DNA of 51,404 bases, filler included, from Dimargaris cristalligena (taxonomy: Eukaryota): assembly GCA_003614675.1 (NCBI GenBank). It is 2 parts of 2 records of this genome, joined end to end, with 100 filler letters (N's around TTAATTAATTAA, not from the genome) between each part and the next. Parts side by side here need not be neighbours in the genome. Positions count along the whole stretch, not along the records: positions 1 to 25,704 come from ML002558.1; 1 more part is not named here. One strand, given 5' to 3'. Shown here piece by piece: positions 1-14,587 of this stretch. Positions within the stretch are counted from its first letter, which is position 1, and every line of letters starts with the position of its first letter. The notes under the pieces are model-generated. The model did no database searches. It was given only the letters and a program-made list of their open reading frames with translations, and was not told the origin of the DNA. The translations under genes were made by a program, and so were the position numbers.

Positions 1-247
1 CAGTTCCTTAGCTTATTTCTTACCCCCAGAGTTACCTCAATAAACTTCTTATATGCTCACCTATTGTATTAGCCAGTAAGTGTGCCTACTGCATGCCCCT
101 TGCATTAGCCTGCACTCATCCTTTATTAGTTAGTACTAATCCCTCCCTAATGCTAGTAGCCCACTTGGCCAAGCCTAAGCCCCACCTACCATTAGAAGCC
201 TATCCTCAGGACTCTTGATGGACTAAGAGTGGTTAACCCAGGTGACA
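1..247. mobile_element. Probable 3' end of a retrotransposon LTR (truncated by window edge)
   Basis: No CpG dinucleotide in 1-248 (first CG at 249-250). AATAAA at 39-44. The segment ends in ...GGTGACA (247), matching the TG...CA LTR terminus, followed by a shift to AT-rich sequence. No coding or partner-LTR evidence, so this is inference. Confidence 0.35.
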
Positions 248-3200
248 ACGTCTTTAGTATTTTTAATAAAAAACCATTTTGATTTGAGAGGAACAGATAA
301 ACTGCTTAGCAACACCTAGGGATTCCTTAATGTTAGACATTCTCGTCATTTGGGCAAGCATTGATCAGTGAATAGTTTTTAATAAACCCTAAATAAGTTT
401 CATAAATCAATTTAATATTTTGATTTGCTAATTGATTACTAAATCATTGCTTAAATCGTCAATTGAACATACCAGTGGCGTGGCCAACCAGCCAAGTAGA
501 CTGCCATTTGTGGACCGAGGTTCAAACGCCAATAAAAATACACGTATACATAAAATAAATACCAAGATAAACGACACTATGATGTATACGATTTGGCGCC
601 GGTGGTAATGGAACAGAATAATTTAGGCCATTGTGGGAATTGAAAAGAGACGGACCGGCGGCGTCAATAGACCATTTCCATTTCTATCCTATGTAGCAAT
701 GCACCTTTAGCTCTATTCCGCTATCGCCCCAAGGAAACCCCCTCATGGCATTCCGCTTTCCCAGAGGATTCCCCGATTTGCAAGGGGTCCATCCGAAGTC
801 GAACAACTGTAATCCTCGGCCCACTTTCTTCGGCTGTTAATAAAATTTGAAGTGTCCGTCCTCGGAAGACAGGGTATTAAACGCAGAAGAGAGAAAAAAA
901 GGGGCGTCGTCAAGACCCTGAATTCAAACTTACCCATCCGGCCAGCGGGGCAATCGTCTGAATTGGGGAGGTCTATCAACGAATTGCTGACCTTGTGACC
1001 ACTTCGACGTCTCTCAATTAAGAAAATGAGCGACGCACGAATTAAACAATGACAGCCTTCCCTATGAGCCATCCGGCCATAATCACCTCACTAATTAGGC
1101 GAATGTGGAGCGGAGTAGTGCCGATTGCTTTCGTTTTGTGGTCTTAAGCCTTAATTACTGTGGTGTCCATCCACGGTTATATTGACAGCGAGAAATGGGG
1201 GAGGGGGGGGTGATGTTCACCTAGTTGATTGTCGTCGATTGGGGGTGCTTCATTTGAGGGAGGGGGGTGTGTATACTATTCCCCCCTCTCTTCTTCTCAC
1301 CAATCTGTCTGACTCTCATCCCTAGTTTTTCAGAGTTTCCTTGAAATTAGTAGAAATAATCAGTGTTACGGTAACGTTGGATCTAGAAACTAAGTGAAGG
1401 TGATGCATTTCTGTCGACTTCAATTAGGTGGGAATAATGCCTGAGTATGAATCTACTGGGGGTTTCTATCATGACAAATAGGCATATGCCGGCCCGAGGC
1501 ACCCTGCTCCATGGCCATAAGATAGATTTTGGAATCAAGGAAGCTCTAATGGTAATAAAGACGGAATCGCCAATTTTATCATTCAATATAGCCCCAAAGT
1601 TAAACTAATGGGGTGTGAAACAAAACGGCCTCTTCGATAAATCACGGTAATCTTCGAATAATTTTGACAGGTTTGGTTCAATTTTCTATTCACTGATAGA
1701 TACTTTGGTTGATCTTTTGGGATGACTATCAGGGGGTTATTTTTAAGAACTCTGGTGGCAATGATCAACTCAGTGATAATTGAGTATATCGAATTTCAGC
1801 TGTCAAGCTGAAATTACAGCCAGGGAGAAGGCCGTGCTCCCCCCATTGTGTCGCTCATTAAAGGCGGCTATATGGTTGAATATGGTCTACTATATCTACA
1901 GTTTCAGAGAGTAATAGCCAACCTTGGGATGAAACCCCCAACGTCTCGAAAAAGAGCACATCAATAAGCTAGTGCTCTGTTTTCTTAGGGTGAAACTGAA
2001 CCTAAATGGCATTCTACATTCTAGAACTGTTAGTGGTGTTCGCATTAGTCTAACTCGTCTATTTGCGACCCTTCTCAACCCACCAACGGTAACCCAATAT
2101 GCCTCGTTAACAAATACCACATCGGCACTCTTAATACCCCTTTTCAGGCACCTAAAAATTTAATGTAGCAAAAAGATAAACGGGAAACGCGGCCAATCAT
2201 TGGAAAATCAGGGTGAGCCCTGCTATCGTCTCCCATCACCACACCTTTATCAAGTCAATTTGGGAAAGGTTCAACCAGACTGTATAACGATAAATCCGTT
2301 GGATGAGGCAAAAACCACTGGTTAATAATGGATCTCTCATATTTTCCCATACGCGTACTATCCAAAACCTTATACATCTGCACTGAATTCCACCCATTTG
2401 GATTAGCCGTCCCAGTCTGGCATTTAAATAGGACATCAAGAGAAAGTCTCATTCGGAGCTGCATGACAAAGACCAGATAAATAAATGTCGGAACGGTCAG
2501 CCATCACCGATTTACCTAGAAACCATGGATGGATGGATTCTAGACGGCCCGCAGTAGGCGCACGGTTAACTTTTGATGTCTGGGTTATTGTAAGCACGTC
2601 GTTAATAGGTTCACTGGGTCCAAAAATCCCTCATCCCACCCCCTTCTTCAATTTTAAGAAAAGCTTCCGGCTTGGACCAATTTTTTTTAGGGGGGGGGTC
2701 TTAAAAGTGGGGGAGGGGGGTGGTAATTGCTGGGCCACCCAATCCTCACAGTGGCTCTTGGGGTTCTCTTCTACCCATCGTAATATTTACCTGCCAGTTC
2801 CCACTTTTATTTACAGAGCGACATTCCTTTTCGCGCATCAAGACCATTGTAAAAAACTTACCTAATGAATCCGTGGGTTGTCGTAAACCTGCGAATGCGG
2901 ACAGTATGGCCTTGGATAGTATAATGCCCTGTGATCCGTAAGTATCGTTAGTGGAAAGACCCCTATGCTGCAATAATGAGAACTATTAATGGATATTTTA
3001 GTTTTATCATGGCGATGGTGTGTGTGAATTTGAATGATAACCCAAGCTTAAAAAGAACTCCGGGCGGCTCCCGTTGAAATGATGATCTCACCAGTACTTA
3101 TCATATTGGTCATCCTTTCCCTCACTTCATCGCGATCAACCTAGCTATGACATGTGGGAAGAAAATATATATGCGTGAGTGTGTGCTTGTGCTTGTGCTT

Positions 3201-6200
3201 GTGGATGGTTTAATAATGTTTGAATTAGATATTGGGTATTGGGTATGGAATCGTTCACTTTGCCTAGGTGTAGATCGCTGAAAGACGTCGCTTTGTGGAA
3301 CTCATTTTACCCATCCCGAGGCATTCCCCGTAGCGGTGGTGACCTAAAGGTCCCCAGGGTACCTCAATCTATTCGCTTTGCGTACCCACTCCCAAGAGTG
3401 CACGGTGATGTCGTTCTGTAGTCATGGGGTGATACGCAATACTATTTTTTAGATTATTCACATTGCCGAATCAACAAGGGACCCAACGTCATTGTACCAA
3501 TCGTCAGCTCTATAAACATGTCCGCACCACCGGTTGGGTTAATGTCGCCTGCAGACCTAAGATTTGGGGAGTTGTATCTCACTTCACTGCACTGCAAGAC
3601 AACTCACTAGTGTTCTATAGAAGATAAGCAGCCCCATTACGCCATCCCTTTCATCTCGATGAACCAGACTGTATAGGTAAAAATGGCCAGGCGAGAGTAT
3701 CTACTATTTCACTTCTGTACTCCTCCCCCCATTGCATTGCCCTCACTATTGGCCTAAAACACGGCGGATAGTCGGAAATTGATATCATGCAGTCAAACGC
3801 GCAACCTTGCCTATACCCACCATCAGATCTTTGGGCCTCGTTTGTGTTTCCATACTCAGTGTAGGGGGCCCGCCTTTCCCGTGGCCCCCCGATTAAGCAC
3901 TGGGATAATAAGGACATATTTAGAAATATTTCATTGAGATAAGGCCTTGTGCACCTCCTCTTATATTGGTATACACTTGTATATATTTTCCACATTCAAA
4001 AGCACAAGAGTTGCTTGGGTTGTGGTGGCCGTTCCAGTCTTCTCACTGACAACCGGTGATAAAAAACGGGCTGGGAACACTTTTACTAATGCCCCATCCC
4101 CATAAAAAGGGCAGCTTTATCGAACGAGGGAATCAGCTATCTATGAGAAATAGGGGCTGGTTGATAAATAGCACGTATATATCGGGTACCTTTGTGATTG
4201 GCTCTCCCGAAGGCAACAACTTTAGGTCAACTTTAATCCTACGTAGCATTGTGGATGAGGGAAAATAAAAGAAAAATATGGTATTATAAAATGGTTGCAC
4301 GGTGGTTTGGCTAACGGTTGGAGTGACCCAAACAAATGGGCGGAGATTGTCCAAGTACTTCCAGTCAATTTGAAGAGGAGACGAGGGTGATACAAGAATA
4401 CCCAAGGTGGTTCTGCCATTCTAGAACGCTCGAGATGATCCTGAGGAGCATATTTGACAGTTGAACGGATCATTTTGGTTCAAAATAGGGAGCAGGCAGC
4501 TATTCGGTACTAACGAAGCCGGGGAGGGAGGGAGGGGGTGGGGGCAATAAATGAACTAAAGTTTGGCTTTAACGCTCAATTATCATTGTCGCCTTCCGGC
4601 TGGACCTTTGAAATTGCCTTAGCTGCCACTTATTTCCACCCGTTGATCAACGGATATGGCATTTGACAAATCACTTTAACTCCTCCCGCCCCGGACTTGA
4701 CGTCCCATACAATCTTTTGGGTATTGTATTAAATGGCGGACCAACTCAATTGGGGTTTTTATTTCTTGACTATTTTAGTATAGGCAAATTCACCACGACT
4801 GTCAATATACAATAAAATATGATAATCAATCATAGATAATAAAGCGGGTGGGGCCAATCGGCCTAATTTTAGGTCCATTCGCAAGCATGTCGGATGGGAG
4901 GTGTGGGAGGGAGAAGAAGTAGGCTGTAAAAGAACGACCGGATGCAAGTAAATGAAATGAGCGTTTGTGTTACATAGGTCTAGCTCCCAGCCGGAACCCT
5001 TTTAGATATATTGTGAACAGAGGGGGGGAGGCAGGTGAGAATGCCCACGGTACTGGCCGTGGTTAAGGGCGCGGGACACTCATAAATCCTATTAAATGTT
5101 ATTTTAACGGGTCAGAATATATGAATAACATATGGATGAAATTCAAACCAGCTGTATAAGGTTTTACACAACATGTGTATAGGATAATATATGTGAGAAT
5201 ATCTTTTAACCAGTAATATTGGCCTCATCCAATGGATTTTTCGTTATACAGCCTGAATGAACTTCTCCCATATTATTATTTTAAAAAAAGCGGACCATCG
5301 CTATTTTCTCTCAGTGTAGCAGTTATTTTTAGCAATGCCTGGGTCTTGCTGAATATACACAGGCATCGCCACCAAATGACGAGGGCGCCGGTATAACTGG
5401 TACTATTAGGTCGGTTAAGAAAGTAGAATATGCCTGTTCTCTCCGCCTCACCGGCCAAGTCTCCTCAGGTGACGCCCTATGTTGAACCAACCAGGTTACC
5501 AAAGAGGAGCTACTATAACGTACTAAACCACAGTCGCTAGCCTACTTCATATATTGGGTCCTTCACTAGAATAACTATAAAGGCGCCTCCGTTCACATGG
5601 ACCCTGAAGTCCTGGAATCCCCCATAATAATGCTAATGAACTCGGAATTAAATGCCTCCTCCACTGCCATCTGCATTGGGCCAGACTGGTCAGATTTTAG
5701 GTGGGAGAAGATAATAACCACTGGCCCACCATTAATTTTAGTTGCCAGTTGAGGGTTATCGCAAGGGCACAATCGCAACGATTTGGACTCGTGCAACCCA
5801 ACCTGCCGGCCGGGTGGTTTCCAAGTTCCCACAGATCGGCAGTCGGCTATTCGGTATTGAACGACCTACCGTAGATAGAGGACCTATATAACAGTATACC
5901 TAAAGATTGAATACATGTCTGCACCGAAATGAACTACATAATATGTATATGTGAAAATAATAAAGAAAGGGGGGAGGAATAAGGGGCGAGGGTGTTGATT
6001 AGGCGAGTCACATTTGGTTAAACTTAGGCGTGGTTGGCCCAAAACCTTTTATTTTATTCCAAAAGCGGAGGGGGATGAGAGATACTCCTTAATTGTGCCT
6101 CGAAACTCATTCTTGACATTGACTAAACGGTGTATTCTGTACTCCACCTCATGCTTTTATAACGATATACAGTAGCGCTCCGACTACATTGGACCGGTAG

Positions 6201-9200
6201 TGTAACCCACTTCCAAAAGCCGGTACAACCATCATTTTACTAAATAACGAACGCGGGTTTTCATTTTGCGCGGGGATTTGCAGGCCGCCCACAGCGGGCT
6301 GCCCTCGGAACAGGCCGTATAGTAAAGCCTACGGGTGAACTTTAACTACGCCCTTTTAATGGCTATACTGGGCCAACCACCGGACCACAAGAAAAGAATA
6401 AGGCCAAGACCGGCTTATTATAAGGTACTTCCCTTTAAAGCGGCCGAACAGGTGCATTTTTTGGGTGGGGATGAAACTGGGATAGGACCCATGCGGGGCG
6501 TGCATTCGAGTCCGTATTGTCTGCATTACAATCAATACAATTCATTATTGGAGGGAACGACGGGGTGGGGAGACCCCATGAATCTGGACATGGCCCTTCA
6601 TAACCAGGAATGGTCAAGGACCACGTCCCCCCACTCCCACCCACCGCCCCGGGTGACCCTCCCTCCACCCCTTATGCGCTCATTCGGGAAAGTTTGCTTG
6701 GCTCAGTGATTTTTAGTTATTTTTTTCTTTAGGCCATCCCAGCAAAACAATATGGCAATGTTATGTCTTTTAATGGTATGCCCTTTCTTTTCTTGTTCAT
6801 GGCTGATTAGAATCCGCCAACCACGCCACCACCTATTTTAATGCATGGCGAAACCGGGTTGACGCTCTATGATTTTCAAAATAATCAAGGTTACTCGTCC
6901 CACGACCCGTAGGAGATTTTCAAACGAAGTCCGCCTACTCTCCGATACTCGCAAGGAAAGCCAGTTATCGATCGCCAATTGAATTACCTACCCCAAACTT
7001 CCTTCTTGGGTATGGATGAGCCGACTTGGGAATGTTATTCCACCCGCAACTAGCAACGCGTACGAAGGTATTGATACCGTCTAATGGGGATTATCCTAAC
7101 TATTCGCGCCAAGCATCCTTCGACTATCGGATAAATTACACTATCGGCTAATATAGTAAAAATCGGTACGGCGGCTGTGGTATTAGGTAGTTAATTAAAC
7201 TATACCCTTGAGTAAGCGCACTGGTGCAGTCTGTGTAGTACCTAGTGTCTATATTACTAACTCCTACATGTCTCCCACCTATCAGCATATGTGTTTCATT
7301 TATCCTGCCTGTGCCATGGCGCCATTTCCGCACCATGCATTAGCTTGGATACGGTTTGAGCCCACCAAACTAACCGAGGCTTTGGTGGGAGTATGGATGT
7401 TATCGTTTCATCAGCCCACATATCAAAGGGTTCCAGCCAAAGGTGTAATAGTCTTTTAACTGGTCAATAAGCGCACGCAGGGGGAGATGGGTGAATTGGG
7501 TAAACTTTAACTAGTACGGGCCGGCCTCCTTTAATCACATATGTTTCCCTCCAACATCAACCGCTCTTTTCAAGTACCAGTCCTTCTGAGGCCATTTGAC
7601 TATGTAAAAAGGTGAAATAGATTATTTATGCTTCTCAAATGAACCAGATTAACTCCAACCAGTTGATTCATTCCATCTCCCGAATAGTATGGTTTCCTAT
7701 CGCTAAAAGGCGTACCATCTTCCCAACGCCCCCAAACCATCAGCTGCCCACTTGGAAAAACACAGAAGACCATTTTTTTATTGTATATATCTACTTTAAT
7801 TAATTTGCCATGGTTGGCCAACACGGATAGGTGGTACAAGCCGCCTGGATTCACTGTCGGTGCATAATGAAATGAGGGTGGCCACAGCGCATCACCACCC
7901 AGAATAGATTGCCCTGTTCCACCACCACCATCTGACCCCCTCAAACCACCTATGCGACAACTCTTCCCCCCAGCCCCACCATCTCCTTACACACCTACCC
8001 CATTTCACACCACCCCATCGGTTGGGGGTGAGCACCGGTATAGTTAAATAAAGGGCAACTGGCGATCTCATATATTGAAATATTTAATGAAAGGTAATAA
8101 TCAACAAGGGGAAGTGGTTAATAGTGCTGGTCTTGTCCTACCCCCTACCCCCTCCCTGCCTTCCCCCACCATTTCACCCTCTTACTTGTAAGTACACCCT
8201 GGTGACCCGGGGGACCATATCATACGGTGGTTCTCCCACCCTCCCACCCACCTATTCACCCCCTTCCCCGTTATTCCAGTCACCCGACCGTCCCTGGCCG
8301 GGACAGACTTGGAGGTGCCTTTGGGCTTATACGAAAACCAAGAGAAGTGTGCGCCACGCCGCCTTGAAAATTATTAGACGCCCCGGGAAATAAAAGCCGT
8401 TATTATATAATGGTTAACGTCTTTGCCGTTCACGTTCATCGTTCACGAACCCTCACATATATTTAGTTTAGCTCATACCCAAGGGCGCGTGAAACTTAGG
8501 GTCGGGAATTACTTTTTAAGGGTATTCAACGGAAGTGTGGTGCTAGACTCGTCTGAATTAGAGTCAGTGGCGCCCGTTACTGTAGCAGGTACTTTCATTA
8601 TTATTATAAGGCCGGTATATTTGGTCTGGACTCCCATTCTAGGAGAATTAAGTATCTAGGGGTACCTAAATAACCTATTATGGGGTACCAGGAATCCAAA
8701 CTGCGGGGGCGGGAATGCCAAACAATTCAAAGTGCCAAATAACAACGGGTCTGGAGGTTGGTTAACCCAGATATAGACCATGAAGTTCCAATCTCGGGGA
8801 AGGGGAGGGGGGAAGTGGTGTTGTGCTGGTGGAAATTCATAGTATGAAGTATTAATTAATAAAAGTAGGGAAATTAATGAGAGCAAGGTGGATGTTAATT
8901 CCCGCTACGGTGCACCGCGTGCAACTAAATTCCATTTTATCAATCACGCGTTGTCACCTTCTAGTAACGTATGTCCCGTTCTTGTTGTCATTTTATGGTA
9001 GTTGGAAAGTCGAATTAGACGCCCTTTCGCATCCTAACCCGTGCGGTGGAGGTATGGCCACTTCATTGGCAGTGCATTTCTGGAGGCGGAAACGTAGTTG
9101 ACCGTCACCCCCTCCTTCCAACCCCATGGCTTCACCCCTCCCCCCAATGCTAATTAACAGACCAGATTTATACGGTTACCTCACCCCACCCCACTCCCCT

Positions 9201-12200
9201 CCCTCGTATTTCCTAGATTTACAAGACGTAACCATCGTGTCTAAAAGTGTAGGGTATGTGGATGTTCACGGCGTATTAACAGACAGGACTTCCGTTGGAA
9301 AGGGTGGTCAGACCGGGTGACCCAGCCCTATAGAGTTCATTAACCACCGAAATCTATCTAGCATCTGATGGGGGGGTTCATTCCAACCGTGGCTCCGGCG
9401 GCTGGCGCGAGCGGGAGCCGTCGGATCTTGCCTTGTCCTACCAAATGGTGCGGAGGTCACCCGGTTGATGGTTTGTAGGATGGGAGGAGGAGAGAGGGGA
9501 ATCCGGACCTATTCAACCGGAAAATTAGGGCTACTCATTGTGGAGCAACAACCGAAGTTTATAATAACCTGCTCCCAAATGGACTTGGGAGGTTGAAAAA
9601 AGACGACGACTCCGGATGGGACAATGGTGATTAATTGTTCGGCTGCCAAACTGAGGGGGCGATGTTGCTTTTTCTGGGTTATTTTTAACCACTGGCAGTT
9701 GGGCCAAGAAACTGATGCACGCCGGCACTGACTACGGCACAGGGTGCGAGATAGTGATGGTAATGAAAGTGGTGGGGGTCATTCAATTTGCAACGTGACG
9801 AACAGCCGATATCTGGATTATAATAGGCCCTTCAGTTGCCCAGTTTGCCATCGATGTGCAGAATTGCCGCGTATGGACACCTGACCTCAACTGGTTTCCC
9901 GATTTATAACCCAGACAATCCATATGCCTGTCCAACCTGAATGTCAAGTGTCGTACACACAACCCCTCCCCTCCCATACCGCTCTTGTCTCTTTAGTTGA
10001 TTCTAATATCGTATTATGAAGGGCTGGTTTCGGCTACTGCCATTTTTTGGTCTTCGCACCTCGCCCATGCTTCATAAAACCTAAGCCCTGCAATAACTAG
10101 CTAGTATTAAAGGACATAGCAAGGTGGGAAGTGAATGGGTGGAGGCAAAGCTGGAGAGCAAGGGATAACATGAGTATAGTCAGTAAAGGGAAGGCGGACA
10201 AAACTTGAAACAATACAGGATTTTAAATGCACGCCAACCCCGCGATATAGAAGTACCATCTTCAAGGTTCGTACTGTGCTTAATTTATCAGGGCGTGATC
10301 GTCAGGGCGAGGCCAACGGGTGTGACTGACCCGACCCGTCTCCCTGTTTGGATGCGACCTTACGGGGATGACTAGGCGCCATGATATCCCACCACGCTAC
10401 AATTATATTCGTGAGAGCGTCAACTATAACTGAGGAAAGGTACTCTAATTGCGTTTGCCTAGGTGGCTCTTCCGATCTTTTCCCCAGTGCAATATGTACG
10501 GCTGCTACCCGCGGTGCCCAATCTGAGTCAAGCTTGGACATGTGGGGGGGGGTGACCTTCGTTAATTTGACCCCGATAGGGTGACGCTTGTGCTAATAAT
10601 GAAACCGCAGTATTTCTGTCAAAATCCAGTCGAGGCAGCCAATGGAAATGAAAAAACAAGAAATAAGGGGAGGGAGGGAAGGATTAAACCTAATCGCCGA
10701 AGAATGTGAAACCCCTTCCGGCCCATTCATCTCCTCTTTCTCCCACCTCCCTCTCTTTTAGTCACCTCAACTGATAACTAACTAACTTTACCATCGGTCC
10801 CTGATTTTTAACATCTAGTCCCCTCTAAATAATAATAGTGATGACGATACGGGCTGAGGAGGCAGAAACGCGGCGTACAGAAAGGGTACGGGTCAAGTGG
10901 TTCGGGCGATGCCTTCCAACCTGTTCTCAGACAGGCGCAATTCAATGACGGACATGAATGGAGGGGGAAAAGGAATTGTCGCTAAGTTCCAGAAAGGAAC
11001 CAATTTATCCTAACACTTTAAATGAATGTGAAGTGGCGGATTAATTTCGATGCTTACCAAAGGGAAAAAGAAAACAGACAATTTCGATTTACGACACGTC
11101 ACTGTAGAATACCGTATAGCCTATATTGGTAATAATTCATTATACGGATGACTTTGATAGTCCCTGGGGAAATAAGGGACGTATGGCATTGGTGTTAGCA
11201 CATGAAATTGGTATAATGTGTAGCGTCGGGGTCTCCACTTGTGCAGGAATTGGGGATCCGACGGGGCGTGGTCACAGGTAAACAAACCCTTATCCATCAC
11301 TCTCCAAAGAGGCAGGCTTCATAGACAAAGTGGAGCGAATAAAAATATATTGGCTGTCCACTAAATAGCCGAGAATCTCGGCCCAACGGCTATGAAGCGG
11401 AGGGGGGGAGTTGATAGATTAGGGAGGGTGGCAGAACCACCGGATAAACCGAGTTTTGTGTTGCCTCCCGACTTGGGGTCAGGTGATGGGGCTGATAGTA
11501 TCATATTCCAAGAAAATAAAAATAGTATGGGATGAGTAGGTTACCCATGTGTATCTGGAGAAAATTAAGGGGTGCCGATTAAGAATGCGGAGTTGTGGAA
11601 GAGAGGTTTGGGCGGAGGGATGAAGTAATCTACTCACCTATCGGAGGTTGGACTATCTTAGATGGCTCAACCGCAGTAAGTACTAGTTAAATTAAATGGG
11701 GTCATTTTCGCCTGGTATTCTGTCAACAATGATTTCCCCCGATGTTTCGTAGTATCCGGTTCCTATTGTAAAGGCATTGGGCAATGTTTTTATTGGTGGT
11801 ATTGTTAATTAACTCCACTGTAGCGATTTGGGTCTTGGTGGATTATCAAGTGTTGCCACACTCGCCAGTTCAGGGTCCAATGAAAACTGATGTATCAAAA
11901 CACTGTAAACTGTTTATGTTTATATTTCATGACTATACTGGGCCCTGTTGGATGGTGATATTAGGCGAGCCGCTTTTTATAGAACATTTATAAAATGCGA
12001 CTGTCCTAACTCAGTCAGTGAAAAAAAATCACTTATATACGCAGTGTTTACTAAACTCACCCCCTGTTGGCGCTTTTTGGGGAAAGAGCGAGGGGGTGAG
12101 GGCGAGCGCCCATCTTCCCGAATTTAGGGCCACGAGTGTACCACCAAGGCTTCCTATTTTCGCTCCTCGAACCCCCCTCTTCCTCCCCATTTTGCGTTTT

Positions 12201-14559
12201 CCTCGGATGGAAAAGGCTGGCGGAGGCGTCCTCTCCAATCACCTTGCCACATGTTATTTGTTTTGATGGCCGAATGGTCCAATCACAACAATATTGGTTA
12301 TTCTCGTTTACTAATAGCAAATTTGAAAATCCCTGATTAGCCGGCTCGCACTAGTTTGGATGACACTAATATTTTGAAATGGGAGACGGTCGTCTGTTGT
12401 CTTTTTAAACAATCGGTATAGCCCACCCTTGGGTACACGAGGACATTGCGACGTTGATCGAGCTATCTTTGACGAGTAGGTCAGCGGCTATTCATCGTAT
12501 AATTTATTAATATGCACCAGTGTGCCAGTGGGTGACGTAGGGGGAATGGCCAACCCAGCGTGACATCCCCCCAATTTCATTCATGAAGGGAGACATGTCC
12601 TAAAAGGCTCGCTAACAAAAACCTCGGCCGTTGACCACGGGTTGGCATTGAGATGGTACCAATATTAAATTACTGATGGCGATGGTGATGGGGGAGGTTG
12701 GGGGGATTGGGCCAATGCAGTGGAAATTGGGTTTGGAGACTTCCGACCCGTGCTGCACCCACCTGACCATCCAAAAATTGCGAATCTGGACTAAGGTAGG
12801 AGAATTTGGGACCAGGAAGGGGATGCGGAGGGGCTAAACAATAAAATAAAAGTGGTTACTGATGTCGCCCGAGGGGGGGATAAGGATTGGTCATATTCAA
12901 TAATTTAGCGGAATCAGACTCCCCCGCAGCCTGCATGAAAGAGAAAAAACTCAGCATCCCCAGGACTCTCCGCTATTTAATTTGATAAAAATAGCCCTGG
13001 ACCGTGATCTCATTCGACCGAAGCCGGTCCGCTCATGGAAATCGGCTGGGTCATGGAATTGGACGAAAGATAGAACGTGCATAGAGCGGCGTGCCCCTTC
13101 TCTAGCGACAGGAATGCGACTCCGGTCAGCAATTACACCCAATTAACAATCGTTTCAAAATAAAAATTGGCCATCCGACCTGGATTGCATTCCCGAAAGT
13201 GCCGAGTTCAAAGTTAAGGTCAAAATTGTTTATTTAAAGATTGTTTTGAAATAGGAATAGTAGACCTTTCTCCCAATTCTAATGTTCAGGTCTGGGATTC
13301 CCACAGTGGTAGGGATATTCACACTTTTATTCTGCTACTATCCTACTGTTCTTGGAGGAGACCACCACGTCTGAACGTCAATTTATCAATTGATGGGATG
13401 GGCATGTGGCCCATCCTCACTCCGCTTCAACACTAAATCGGGAGACTTTAGCCGGGACAGTGGATGGAGTGTCTGGATACAACAGAGTTGCATAGAATAG
13501 GCAAGTGAATGGAGGGATCTACCCCGTATATACATACATATTTACCTATCCGGTGCCTCAATTATAGATTAAATGACGGGGAACCCTAGATGTAAGTGCG
13601 AACGGGATTGGGTGATAAGAACGGGGTTTTTGTTAGATAAATAACGGGGGAACACTATTGATCAAATGGACCCACCCCGTCCCTTAAAAAAACAGTGTAA
13701 CCAACAGGGCAGGGATGTCTCCTTGGGGATGCCTACCGGCTGACTCTTTTTAAACTTGCTAAATTTTGCAACCGCATCGAAAAAAGCAATATAGGTTGGA
13801 GTTGGCCACGCTGGTTTTGAAAATCTATCCAGGAGGCGGTTGTTTCGAAAGGAACATTATGAAGAATGGATCGATCGAATAAGCAGTAATAAAGGACCGC
13901 CATGTGGGGCAGAGAAAAGGGGGGCGTATTCTGAAGGGCTGGAGTAAGCCTTACAGCACTCAGCTTAGAGAAAATGAAAAGTAAGCGGAGGCACAGAGAT
14001 ACACCCATAGCGCCGCAAAAAAATGGACACAAGGGAAAAGGGGGGTGGGCATTCATGAAAGATGATACTCCCCCAAGACAAACCGCCTTCTTGTTCTCTT
14101 GTGTTGATCAAAATAGCCAGAGGATCAACCATTTCCTTCCGGCCCATTATGGCCAGCCATTTAATAGCACACGGATTCGACATTTCTCTCACAAAAAGAA
14201 GAAGGGGCCGAAAAGCGAGAGGAGAGGAGGGGAAGGGGGAGAAAGGAATGGGCCCGATGTTTAATGAAAAATGGATTTGGTAACGAGCAGCCTTTAAGTA
14301 AATGATAGGCTTGAAAAGCGGGAGCCCAAGGGACGATAGAAGGAACATTTAGTCGGATCTATTAAGTGATAATCTGCAGAGTACAGCGCTCCTAGCGAAG
14401 GGGAGGGCCACTGTTGCCGCCTCGTCATCCTAGGGAAACTGAACATAGGGACGGGCCCTACCGTGGGGCAAGCTTTCCCCATGCATTGCGTGGATAGGAG
14501 TGGCCTTGGCAGCCCCGACTGGGTCGACCCCATCCCTAACTCTCGGTCGGACATTTTGC

Positions 14560-14587
14560 GAATGAATGAATGAATGAATGAACGAAT
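14560..14587. repeat. (GAAT)n tetranucleotide microsatellite
   Basis: gaatgaatgaatgaatgaatgaacgaat read directly. Confidence 0.85.

Noticed and set aside
474-532. A-box/B-box-like pair (TGGCGTGG...GGTTCAAACGCC)
   Set aside because: No cloverleaf can be formed and both boxes are imperfect; a SINE remnant cannot be supported.
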